From NCBI GenBank assembly GCA_964016885.1, contig OZ024741.1:39928001-39992000 (forward strand): a DNA stretch of 64,000 bases, written 5' to 3'. Under the pieces are notes generated by a model. That model searched no databases, had not been told where the DNA came from, and saw only the letters and a program-made list of their open reading frames with translations. Made by a program: the position numbers and the translations under genes. This DNA is from Eledone cirrhosa (Eukaryota). Below, piece by piece: positions 14,445 through 25,943 of the stretch; position 1 is the first letter of the stretch; each line of letters begins with the position of its first letter.

Positions 14445-14610
14445 AAGTGAAAGTGAAAGAGAGAGAGAAAGAGGGAGTGAAAGTCTGCCGTTGTGAGACC
14501 GGGGAGACCACTAATTATGTGAGTACTCAATGCACGGGGAGATGCAGAGTATGTATAGCGATATGTAAAATCCGGGCCGCGGCAGGAAACGGTTTTGGTT
14601 TGTATGTACA

Positions 14611-14663
14611 CCCTCGAAAGGCTTGCTGAACACAAGCCGAAACCACTTGGTGCCGTGGTAGGG
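14611..14663 (+). ncRNA. Hammerhead-like motif with fully paired stems II and III
   Basis: ccc TCGAAA GGCTTG ctgaaca CAAGCC GAAA CCAC ttggtgcc GTGG TA ggg. Confidence 0.65.
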
Positions 14664-14769
14664 ATTTTACATATATCTATATCTATCTCGCTCGTTCTCT
14701 CTCTATATATATTTACATTTATTTATTTACATACATATATGCGTACACACATACGTGCATGCTTTTGAT

Positions 14770-14858
<89 letters not shown>

Positions 14859-15024
14859 CGCGTGCATGTAAATCTATATGTGTAAAAATCTTGGTGGGTG
14901 TATATCTAATGTTATTTGAAATTGTGTTCATGTATCATTGATGAATGTTTGAACATTCATTAGACTTAATCTTCAATCACAACAGGATGAAATAATATAT
15001 CGTTAATATAACATACTATTAGTG

Positions 15025-15058
<34 letters not shown>

Positions 15059-15070
15059 TACCATAAATCA

Positions 15071-15114
<44 letters not shown>

Positions 15115-15232
15115 TAAACGGAATAGAAAATGCTGACAAATTGTTCACAGTTGAAAAAAGGTTTAATTAGGAATAAAAGAGTATTAGTGATTGTATGGGT
15201 TAGTATTCAGTTGTGGTTTTAAGTTTTTAAGT

Positions 15233-15269
15233 TTTTACCGGTTGCGCATTTCTAAATGCTTTTCAAAAA
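15233..15269 (-). ncRNA. Hammerhead motif, U3-A8 variant, degenerate GAAA
   Basis: ttt TTGAAAA GCATTT ag AAATGC GCAAC CG GTA aaa. Confidence 0.55.
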
Positions 15270-15359
15270 TAATTTTGAGATAGAGTGTCCGTGTTGTTTG
15301 CTCTGATCTGATTAGTTTTGGGAATTCTACCTGTTTTTATGTTAAAAAAGTGGCTCCAA

Positions 15360-15591
15360 TTTGCAAAATTTCTTGTGGTCAAAACAATTTTGATTGGTCG
15401 GTAGAGGTCATGTGAATGTAAAATATTGATTTTGCGCCAAGACTGTGTTTATGTTTAAAAAGTGGCTGCAGCAAAAATTCTTGTGGTCAAAACAATTTTG
15501 ATTGGTCGGTAGAGGTCATGTGAATAAAAAATTGGTTTTGCGCCAAGATTGAGAAATGACTCTTTCACAACATATGTGTGTGTGTGTGTGT

Positions 15592-15623
<32 letters not shown>

Positions 15624-15697
15624 AGTAGTAGTAGTAGTAAGGTGTTCGATGTTGTGATAATGGTTAGCAGCGATGTGTGTCAAATGGCTATTAAGAT

Positions 15698-15752
<55 letters not shown>

Positions 15753-15919
15753 GTGTGTGTGTGTGTGTGTGTAATTCGTGGTGGCAGGGATGGTCAGTAA
15801 GAATGTGTTTGAAAGCAATGGGGGGTATTTTAGCATGTCAAAAGATATTTTTCAGCTTTTGTCTTATACGGAGAAGTGCGTGTGTGTGTGTATATATAAG
15901 TCTCTTTGTATGTTGATGT

Positions 15920-15995
<76 letters not shown>

Positions 15996-16190
15996 ATAGC
16001 AGAGTAATTCGTGGTGGCAGGGATGGTCAGTAAGAATGTGTCTGAAAGCAATGGAGGGTATTTTAGCATGTCAAAAGATATTTTTCAGCTTTTGTCTTAT
16101 ACGGAGAAGTGCGTGTGTGTGTGTGTGTATATATAAGTCTCTTTGTATGTTGATGTACGCGTGTGTATGTGTGTGTGTATATATATATAT
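15360..16190. repeat. Two local tandem duplications (about 108-bp and 233-bp units)
   Basis: CTTGTGGTCAAAACAATTTTGATTGGTCGGTAGAGGTCATGTGAAT twice; GTAATTCGTGGTGGCAGGGATGGTCAGTAAGAATGTG at 15771 and 16004. Confidence 0.9.
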
Positions 16191-16352
16191 GTGTGGGGGG
16201 GGGGGGGGCAGTATTTTTCCCCCTGGTAAAATGGTGTACATTATTCGATTTTTTCAGTAAAATCGGTTCTCTTAATAGAACATCAAAAATCTTAACAATA
16301 AAAGGTGTGAAATGATATTCACTATATATATATACACATACATATATTCACT

Positions 16353-16389
<37 letters not shown>

Positions 16390-16529
16390 TACATATATAT
16401 ATGCACATATATTTTTTTGTGTTGCACCATAGAGCATGTGTGTTTACGTATGTCATTGTGTTTATATGTGGGTAGAGATGTGTGCTGATGTAGGTATGTA
16501 TGTTGACGTGTGTATGTTATGGGTTCGTC

Positions 16530-17492
16530 TTAGGGAGAAGTGTTTAGACGGGGTCCGTATTTGTTAATGAAGTAAGATTCCTTGCTGATGCGCTGGGTCT
16601 GGGTGGCATTATCTTTAAATTTGTAGAGGGGAAAGATTCTGAAGTTGGGATGATTTTGGGCGGCACAGGTATCAATGTGTTCACTCAGTGGTATTTTCCT
16701 GTATTCCCGTATTTTGATTTGGGATCTATGGACAGTCATGCGTTGGCGGAGGCTGTTTTTGGTCTGGCCTATGTATTGTTCTCGACAACCTGAACAAGTT
16801 AATACATATATTAAATTTTCCGATGCACATGTGAAATTGTGTTTTACTATAAAACGTTGTCCATCTTTGAAATAGAATTCCGAACCCTCTATTAGGTTGA
16901 TGAAAATGCCACAGTTGGGTCTATCGCATTTTTTTACTGTGGGTTTCGTTGTTGTTGTTGGCAGTACTTTGGCATGTGTTAAGATGTTTTTCATTGATTT
17001 GGATTGTCTTTTGCTCTTTATGATATCGTGTGTTCGTAGAATTTGGTTCATTCTATGGTCCTTTTTCAATACAGGGATGTTCTGGAGGATGGTGTCAAAG
17101 GCCTCATTGTTGAGGGGGTTGTGTGTGGAGATGTATGGAAGAGCTTTTAGTTTTGGTTGATTTACTTTAGGGTGTCTAAGGTCCTGGGTACTGAGTTTTA
17201 GGGCACGTTGGATTCCATTGTCAATTAGTGATGCAGGGTAGTCCCTGCCTATGAGTGTGTCCTTTAGTTCTTGTAGCCGTAAGTAGCAGATGTTTTTATT
17301 GGAGACTATAGTACAGATTCTCTTGGCTAAGTTGTAGGGAATATTAATTTGAACGTGTCTAGGGTGGCAAGAGTTGAAGGGGAGATATTGCTTGGAGTCT
17401 GTGGGCTTGTAGTATATGTCTGTTTCTATTTTTTTGTTATGGATCTTAATGAGGATGTCGAGGAAGGGGAGTTGTTGATGGCTGTATTCCAT
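16530..17492 (-). CDS. PLE RT thumb + GIY-YIG endonuclease
   Basis: 320-aa ORF: LPFLD, SCHP, Cys linker, LIY...YIGQT, ends PRLN. Confidence 0.9.
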   Translation of the reverse strand: MEYSHQQLPFLDILIKIHNKKIETDIYYKPTDSKQYLPFNSCHPRHVQINIPYNLAKRICTIVSNKNICYLRLQELKDTLIGRDYPASLIDNGIQRALKLSTQDLRHPKVNQPKLKALPYISTHNPLNNEAFDTILQNIPVLKKDHRMNQILRTHDIIKSKRQSKSMKNILTHAKVLPTTTTKPTVKKCDRPNCGIFINLIEGSEFYFKDGQRFIVKHNFTCASENLIYVLTCSGCREQYIGQTKNSLRQRMTVHRSQIKIREYRKIPLSEHIDTCAAQNHPNFRIFPLYKFKDNATQTQRISKESYFINKYGPRLNTSP

Positions 17493-17564
17493 CGTGAAGT
17501 TAATATTTGTGTTGAGCCCATTTATAAGGGTGTGAAATTCTTTAAGTGTTTCGATGTTTTCGTG

Positions 17565-18677
17565 TCAAAGGATGAAGCAGTCATCTAGATATCGCTTCCA
17601 GTTCCTTTCAATGTGTAAGTGGAGGGTGTTTCCAAATTTGTTTAGGACTTTAGTGTGGAGGGTGATTTCCAGGTATCCCATGACTAGGTTGGCATAAGTG
17701 GGGGCTGTTTTCGTTCCCATAGCGGTCCCAGATTTCTGCCTGTAGGGTTTGTTATTGAAAACGAAGTAATTGTTCTCCAAGATAAATTTGAGTCCCTCTA
17801 TCACGAATTCTTTTTTGATGCGTTGTGGGAGTTCATTGTGGAAATTATCCAGCCAGAATTGGATAGCTTCTATTCCTAGGTTGTGGGGGATGTTGGAGTA
17901 TAGGTTGACTACATCGAACGTCACTAGTAGGGTTTGTTCAGAAAGTGGCATATTAGGGAGGTGATTGAGCATATCTAGGTCGTCCCTTATATAGCTTTTG
18001 ATGTGCTTGAGGAAGGGCTTGAGAAGGGTATCAATGAAGTTGCTAAGACGGTGCGTTTCGCAAGCGGGGCCTGCTATTATAGGTCTTAATTTGAGATCAT
18101 TGGGTGAGGGGACATTGATGACTATGTCTGTGGCTTCCTTGCATGCCTTACTTATTGATTCGCTTTTATGTACTTTAGGGATACCGTAGAAAAGGCTGGA
18201 TTTACTTGTGAAGTCTGTGATGAAGCTGAATTCCTTGTTAGTGAGTCCTTCTTTATATTGGTTGATTAGAGTTTTTAGGTTTCTCATAATTTTCTGTTGA
18301 TTGTAGTGTTCAGCCTTTTCGTAGTATGTTTCGTTTTCCAAAGTGGAGAGCGCTAAGTTGATATAGAATTCTGTCTCCATTAGGACTACTCTACTCCCTT
18401 TATCAGCCTCTTTAATTGTAATGGTTCTGTCGGTTTTTAATCTATTTAATTCTTCCCATTCTTTCTTGTTGAGGTTTGGCTTGTGTTTTTGTCTGTGCAA
18501 GTGTTGGTAAGGGAAGTTTGTGATGTGTTCACAGAATTCGTCCAGGATTTTATTTCTACCTTTTGAAGGGGTGTAATTGCTTCTATTTCTGGCTAATGAT
18601 TCATCCTCATTGTACTGGTCGAATAGTTGTTCACTAAGTCGTAACTTTCTACAGAAGTCTGTGATGTCTTCCTTCAT
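17565..18677 (-). CDS. PLE reverse transcriptase (N-terminal part)
   Basis: 370-aa ORF with PLE RT motifs through RYLDD. Confidence 0.9.
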   Translation of the reverse strand: MKEDITDFCRKLRLSEQLFDQYNEDESLARNRSNYTPSKGRNKILDEFCEHITNFPYQHLHRQKHKPNLNKKEWEELNRLKTDRTITIKEADKGSRVVLMETEFYINLALSTLENETYYEKAEHYNQQKIMRNLKTLINQYKEGLTNKEFSFITDFTSKSSLFYGIPKVHKSESISKACKEATDIVINVPSPNDLKLRPIIAGPACETHRLSNFIDTLLKPFLKHIKSYIRDDLDMLNHLPNMPLSEQTLLVTFDVVNLYSNIPHNLGIEAIQFWLDNFHNELPQRIKKEFVIEGLKFILENNYFVFNNKPYRQKSGTAMGTKTAPTYANLVMGYLEITLHTKVLNKFGNTLHLHIERNWKRYLDDCFIL

Positions 18678-19060
18678 TTCATAGTAGTTAGGACGTAGTG
18701 GGGTCGGTGTGAATTTAAGACCTTTGGAGAGTAAGTTGATAAGGTTGGGTGTTGGTTCTGCACTAGTAAGATTGATAACTTTTATTACTATCGGTTTCTC
18801 CTCCCTGTCTTGTGTTATTTTGTTTGCCTGTATCTGTGTGCTGTGTCTAAAAAATGGTTGGGGTAGAGGGGTTGTTTGCTGATGTTAAGTGGTCTCCTGT
18901 GTTTGTTATATTCCTTGTTGTTGTAAAATGTGGTTCGGGTTGGTGGTTGTAGATTGAATGGGGTGTTCCTGTACTGCGAGTATGGGTGTGTGTTTCTATG
19001 TGCCATGTTGTATTGTGGTGTTATAATATATATATATAAACGGTGTTATAATATATATAT

Positions 19061-19637
19061 ATAAACGGAAAAAATGAAACGAAATTTCATTTCCCACTCT
19101 TAGTACGGCTGTTACTTAAATATAAGTATGTACACGTACATACATATATGTATACAGGCGTACAGTAGTATGTATATATATATACATACATGCACACATA
19201 TATATATGTATGTATGGATTCACCGAACATTTATTATAATGCTCGGTGTGTTTGTAAACACACATCCCGTATTAAGCCGTAGTGTCCAGCAACCATCGTT
19301 GCTCGTTTGTTCAACACTGACAAAGGAACGCTGTACTAGTTTCAAGCTTATTAGCTATCGTCAGCAACGTATACCTTCCTGCCAGATTGTTGAACGTATG
19401 CATATTAACGGCTGAGTAGCCCAATTTGCATATTGAGTGGGTTAATCGGCCGGGTGCACCGAAAACGATAAACGGAAAAAATGAAACGAAATTTCATTTC
19501 CCACTCTTAGTACACCGAGCATTATAATAAATGTTCTGTGAATCCATACGTACATATATATATATATGTGTGCATGTATGTATATGTATATACATACTAC
19601 TGTACGTCTGTATACATATATGTATGTACGTGTACAG
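19061..19637 (-). mobile_element. Family M locus 2: 407-bp unit + terminal direct repeat + inverted segment
   Basis: ATAAACGGAAAAAATGAAACGAAATTTCATTTC at 19061 and 19468; 19513-19637 is an inverted copy of about 19125-19248; intact HHR at 19329-19369. Confidence 0.88.
19329..19369 (-). ncRNA. Intact type I hammerhead ribozyme (family M)
   Basis: cgttg CTGACGA t AGCT aata AGCT t GAAAC TA GTA cagcg; all conserved core bases present. Confidence 0.88.
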
Positions 19638-19775
19638 CGTGTGGCTGAGTGGTTAGAGAATTGGATTCGCAATCGTAAGGTTGTGAGTTCGATTCCTGGA
19701 CCAGGCGATGCGTTATGTCCTTGAGCAAGACACTTTATTTCACGTTGCTCCTTCTACCTGGAGTTGCAACCGATA
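19638..19775 (+). mobile_element. tRNA-derived CORE-type SINE (similar to octopus OK/OR SINEs), truncated
   Basis: A box TGGCTGAGTGG, B box GAGTTCGATTCC, core TGTCCTTGAGCAAGACACTT. Confidence 0.75.
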
Positions 19776-19877
19776 GATAGTATTAGCAATTGGAAAGACC
19801 AACGGAAACATTGTTCCCTCGGTCCGATTTGACGAATGTCGATCGTTCCTATATATATATATATATATATTTATTAA

Positions 19878-20063
19878 AATCGCTGCTTTCACCCTTAACG
19901 GGATCTTCTGAAGATCCCGTTAAGGGTGAAAGCAGTGATTCTTTGCTTAAACTCTAATCTGTTATTTTAATAAATATTTGCTCTACGGTTCTTATATATT
20001 TGATATATATTTATCCTTATCGAGCCCTCTTTGGATTTTAGTCTTCAAATTTATTATTATTAC
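19878..20063 (+). repeat. PLE-like 3' end with a short fold-back centred on an HHR core (family P)
   Basis: 31-bp arms about T19909; CTGAAGA t CCC gtta aGGG t GAAAG; minus-strand family copies at 46172-46330 and 51020-51105. Confidence 0.85.
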
Positions 20064-20129
20064 TATATATATATATATATATATATATGATGGGGTGATT
20101 TATGGTAAACATAAGACCAATTAGAACAA

Positions 20130-21515
20130 GTGTGGTGGGATCGTTAAAGCGTCCGACACAATACTGTATAGTGTTTTGATCCGGCTCTTTAATTTCTTAG
20201 TTCAAATCCTGCCGAGCTCAACTTCTCATATCAGCCTTCCTTATTACTAGCCGTGTCGTTAAATTTAATTTCTTACTGAAGTACAAGGGCTGCTTTTTCT
20301 TTTTGAGATAGATAAAGTTAATTGAATCAACCCCTGTACTTGACTGCTTCTTTATTTTATTGACCCCTGAAAGAGGATAGGCAAAGTTAACCTCGGCGGA
20401 ATTTGAACTTAAAGAGCCAGAACTATTACTGTAAGGCATCTTAGGCGACAGTCAACCAATTTAGCTAATCCACCCCCAATTCTTTGCTCGGTAGGCTGGT
20501 AGAAACGTTAGAGTGTCGGGACTAACACCTTGAGGTAATTATTTCGAATCTTTACGTTCTGATTTCAAATCCCGCCAAGGTTAGCTTTGCCTTTCATCCT
20601 TACAGGGTCGATAAAGTAAAGTACCAGTAACACACTGGGGGCAATCTGATCGACTTTCCCCCTTTTTTAAATTGTTGGCCTTGCGCCTAAATCAGAAACC
20701 AATATTACATACAATATTTTTCCAAACATATGCTATCCTATTTCGTTTTCTTTTTTAACAACATAAAATTGATTCAGCAGACAACCGACTGAGGGAACTG
20801 AACAAATATCAGAAACTTTTTATTCTTAACACCTTACATATTATTTCTCAATCAACATTTATCAATGAAGTTCATTTCATATTTGTAATAATGTGAGAAT
20901 TTTACTGGGATGCATTCAGTAATTTCTTTATATAGATGACGAAAGAGGGATCAGTTAACCAGTGATTTTTATTGAATTCCTTATTTAAAATAAATGGTGG
21001 TGAATTGGAAGAATTGGTAGAGCATCAGATAAAATGTCAATGTGGTATTTGTTCTGGCTGTTTACATTCTGACTTCAAATGTTGCCGAGCTGAATTTTGC
21101 CTTTCGTCCTTGCGAGGTCGATAAAATAAAGTATTAGTCAAGTACTGGGGTTAATTTAATCAAACTTGCTCCAAATTTGCTGGCCTTGTGCTTAAATTGG
21201 AAGTCGATATTCAAAATAAAGGTATTCCGAGTCCTTTATATGCTCACATAACAAAGATAACAGTTCGGTAGGAATCAAACTCATTAGGTTTGAGTGTTCT
21301 TCTATATAATGATTTCTGATTTAGGCACAAGGCCAACAATTTTGATGGAAGGCAAATCGATTAAATCGACCCCAGTACGTTACTGATACTTTATTTTATC
21401 ACCCTGTAATGATGAAAGTTAAAGCTAACCTTGGCGGGATTTGAAACTCAGAACGTAAAGAGCCGTAACTATATACCACTAAGCGTGTTGTCCGACGTTC
21501 TGCCAATCCACCTTA
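20130..21515. mobile_element. Cluster of five family S SINEs in alternating orientation
   Basis: About 20130-20240(+), 20300-20478(-), 20490-20705(+), 20995-21210(+), 21305-21515(-). Confidence 0.8.
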
Positions 21516-21654
21516 ATAATGGAAGTAGAACATGGAGGATAGAAATGGAAAGATGGTGAGTGTGGGGAACGAATACACGACTTTAGAGTAGTTAGTACAA
21601 TACTCTCAACTTTACACTGTTCTGACTTTAGACACGAAAGAGTAGGTAAAACCT

Positions 21655-21776
<122 letters not shown>

Positions 21777-21956
21777 TTGAGTGAGAGAGGGAGACGGCGT
21801 TGGGTAGGGAGAGCTAACATGCTACAAGACCATTATTCAATTTACTTATAGAAAGTAGAATGTAGATATTATTATTGGATGCGGAGACCGACGGTGAAGC
21901 TTAAACCACCTTGATGGCAGTAAGAAAGTATACGTACATATATATATATGTATATT

Positions 21957-22040
<84 letters not shown>

Positions 22041-22043
<3 letters not shown>

Positions 22044-22292
22044 ATCCCGGGTTCAATCGGGGTAACCACAGCAAGTAAGGTACTCAATACAAAGCAGAAT
22101 ATAAATATTTAATATAGAAAGCCTTCTACAGGACTAGAGTTGTTTCATTCGGGAGAGATCATCAGAAAGCCCTGATGATTTCACCCGAATGAAACAGTTC
22201 TAGTCCTGTAGAAGCCATTTCTATATTAAATATTTATACTCTTTTATGTATTGAGTACCTTACTTGCTGTGGTTACCCCGATTGAACCCGGG

Positions 22293-22297
<5 letters not shown>
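22041..22297. repeat. Fold-back palindrome with back-to-back HHR cores
   Basis: About 125-bp arms; CTGATGA...GAAAC on + (22172-22195) and - (22142-22165), 6-nt spacer. Confidence 0.93.
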
Positions 22298-22362
<65 letters not shown>

Positions 22363-22456
22363 CGAAGGAATTGTGGTAAGGAACCAAATGGACCATAACG
22401 CACAGAGCTCTGCCGTCGGGGTTAAATATTTTCCTATGTATATATATATATATTTT

Positions 22457-22505
<49 letters not shown>

Positions 22506-22680
22506 TATATATATGAGACGTTTGTAGCACATGTAGTTATATTTTATATAAATGAACGCCCACCCAGTTTTAAATGTTGGTTATATTTCAAACATTCTCT
22601 TCAGGTAACTCAATCAAACGAAACATTCAGACAGATTCGTCTTTTATAAATTAGTCCAAGTAATTTAAGCTAATCAAAAT

Positions 22681-22683
<3 letters not shown>

Positions 22684-22755
<72 letters not shown>

Positions 22756-23308
22756 TCTCACGCATAGACACAATCATACACACAGACTCTCTGTCTCTCT
22801 TTATCTCTCTCTCCTGTGCCTCTCCGTCAGCCTGTCTCTCTCTTTGTCTTTCACATACACAAACATACAAACTTCCTCTCTCTCCCTCTCTCTCTCCTTC
22901 TTTCTCTTTCTCTTTCTGTTATGCCTCTCCCTCATCCTGTCTGTCTGTCTTTTTGTCTTTCACACACAAACCCACTCTCTCTCTCTCTCTCCCTCTCCCT
23001 CTCCCTCACTCTCTCTCTCTCTCTGTCATTCACACGCACACTTCATGTTTATATATTACACTCTTTATCTCTCTCACCCTCTCTCGCCCTTTCAATCTCT
23101 CTCTCCCTCCTTCTCTTCTTCCCTTTTACACACTCTCTCTCCGCTCTCTCGTCCTTTTCCTCCCTTTTCCTCCCTCCCTCTCTCTCTCTCACTCTATCTC
23201 TCTCTTTCTCTCTCTCTTCTCTCTCGCCTTTTCAATACCCCCCCCCCTCGCCTCTCGTTCTCTCTCTCCTTCTCTTCCTCTCTATTACCCACCCCTTCTC
23301 TCTCTCTC
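22684..23308. repeat. (CT)n and degenerate polypyrimidine tract
   Basis: Seen directly. Confidence 0.95.
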
Positions 23309-23609
23309 TGATGAAACCCAGATGTGAGTTACTGTTTCGTCCACAGTACCATTGCGACAAATCTAGCTGCAACAACGATCAGAAAGATTTTTGTTTTTTA
23401 ATTAATTACTTTATAATAAGGCGACGGTGAAGATGGTGTCGGCGGTAAAGGTGACGACGATATTGAAGATGGCGTCGGCGGAAAAGAGCCGGGTTTTACA
23501 CGAATCGCTGCGTTTACATAGCTGTTAAGACCTCCAGGATTTGATGAACGTCATATATTCCCGTTACTTATATAAGGTTTTAGCCTGCCTAAGAAACCAA
23601 TGTGTCTAT

Positions 23610-24922
23610 ATCAGAGATCTAGCAGTATTTGTTTGAGTTCTTTATGTTCTCTCTTCAAATCCAGTCGAGGTTCTCTTGGTTTTTCATCTTTCCAAAGTCG
23701 AAAAATATAATTGTTTCTACTTTTGGCACAAGGCCAGAAATTACGCCAGTTTATTACTGGTACTTTATTTTATCGACCCCGTAAGGATGAAAAGCAAAGT
23801 TAACTTCGGCGGGTTTTTAACTAAGATCATAAAGGGCCATAACTCTATGCTGCAAAGCATGGCCTCCGACCCTCTACCGATGCTGTCAATATAATACCAA
23901 GCTATTATTGGGGGTGATTCTTCTTGTAGCTTTCTCATTGGTATTAATAGCAGAAGCACTAAGGGCGGTGAATTGGCAGTATTGGTAGAGGGCTGGACAC
24001 CATGCTTTGCAGCATAGAGTTACGATCCTTTACGTTCTGAGTTCAAATACCGCCCAGGTTAACTTTGCTTTTCATCCTTACGTGGTCGATTAAATAAAGT
24101 ACCAGTAATGCACTGCGGTAATTATTGGCCTTGTGCCAAAATCAGAAAGAATCATTAATTTTCTCCTAAAGGGCGGTGGATTAGTAGTATTGGTAGAGCT
24201 TCGGACAATCGATTTAATCGACTTTCTCCTCCCACAAAATTACTGGCCTTGTGCCTATACTAGAAATCATTAATAAGTAGTAGCACTAACACAGCGTGAT
24301 TCAGAATAGAAGAGTATACGAAAGTATATATAATAAACATACATAAATCTCGCTCTGTTTCTTTAACTAATTCAGTAGACGTGTGAAAAAGCTAAATACT
24401 AGAATTTCAAGATCTTTATCCATTTTCAGGGTCACGTTATTTATATGCCTTTATATTCTGCTTCACGCTGCGTTAGTATTAGTGCGAATTAATACTATCA
24501 CGAGAAGCCTGCACTATATGCAAATAAGCATGCAAAATCTATCAGCTAATGTTGTCTAGGTATTGAGGGAGTAAACTGAAGTAAATAGAGATGGATAAAA
24601 CTCTTGAAATACTTGTGGTCTGGCGCTCTCGCGAGATCACTGACGTAGCTGAGACATGGTCACACATTGAAATACCCCCAACGAGAAAATGAATGTTTAT
24701 TATAATTAAACATAGGGCGGTGGGTTGGCAGTATCAGTAGATGGTCGGACGCCATGTTTTGCAGCATAGAGTTACGGCCCTTCAAATGCCGCCGAGGTTA
24801 ACTTTGCCTTTCATCCTTACGGGGTCGATAAAATAAAGTACCACTCATGCACTGGGGTCGATTTAATCGACTTTCTCCACCCGACAAAAATTGCTGGCCT
24901 TGTGCCTATATAAGAAACCATT
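23610..24922. mobile_element. Cluster of family S SINEs
   Basis: About 23610-23707(+), 23708-23890(-), 23960-24155(+), 24168-24275(+, internally deleted), 24712-24922(+). Confidence 0.82.
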
Positions 24923-24941
24923 ATACTTCATATATCATATA

Positions 24942-25025
<84 letters not shown>

Positions 25026-25191
25026 TCTCTCACTCGATCCCTCGCTCGCTCTCTCTCTCTATGGGAGAAATATAAGAAACAAAATGCGCGTAAGAGAAAA
25101 GTACATGGACAATTCCTGCTCATCGGCTGCCTTCCTCGCGATCGTTATAGTTTCGGATGCTTAACTCCCCTTACTAAAATTAATAGAGAGG

Positions 25192-25250
<59 letters not shown>

Positions 25251-25425
25251 TATTATATATATGTATATCATCGAACGCGAACTCCCCCAACCCTTTCTCT
25301 TTTCCACCTGCCACCCCTTCCTCTTATTTCAAGCGTCAAACTAATATATTTCTTCCATGTACTCTGCCGTTTCTTTTGTAATTTCTGTTTACCGTTACAC
25401 ACACACGCACACGCACATACCCACG

Positions 25426-25562
<137 letters not shown>

Positions 25563-25640
25563 CGAAGGATTTGTGGTAAGGAACCAGATGGACCATAACG
25601 CACCAGAGTCCAGAATTAGCCGTCGGGGTTAAACATTTTC

Positions 25641-25678
<38 letters not shown>

Positions 25679-25943
25679 CAAGTAACAAATCCTCCATTCC
25701 CATTATGCCAAACCCATGACTTCCAAATATCTGATCCACCGAAACTCAGCTGTTTCAGATCACACCAAAATCAACATACTGATTGCGGATTTGGTACGGG
25801 TGATGAGAAACGTGTCCCGCATGTGCAGCCCCAAAGAACTAGAGAGACACATACAACACTTCATCCACCGTATGCAGTTCTCTGGTTAATATCAGAGAGA
25901 TAAAATCAGAGTATATAGAGGAGCCAGAACCAAATGGGAAAAA

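Larger units (their letters stand above)
16420..19020 (-). mobile_element. Penelope-like retroelement (Neptune/Poseidon-type), near-complete RT + GIY-YIG ORF with one frameshift at about 17.55 kb
   Basis: VINL...LLSKGLKFTPTP, KEADKG, FYGIPKVHK, LRPII, FDVVNLYSNIP, GTAMG, RYLDD, LPFLD, YYKPT, NLIYVLTCSGC...YIGQT. Confidence 0.95.

Noticed and set aside
19638-19705. tRNA gene
   Set aside because: A and B boxes are present but the sequence continues into a SINE core, with no acceptor stem or terminator
23415-23500. GC-rich patch with AAGATGGCG (YY1-like) as promoter or exon; similar motif near 49645
   Set aside because: Motif alone is insufficient, and no gene is supportable
25880-25895. Recoded (selenocysteine) stop in the Naiad-type ORF
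   Set aside because: The codon is TAA at a conserved Tyr, not TGA at a Cys; simple nonsense mutation
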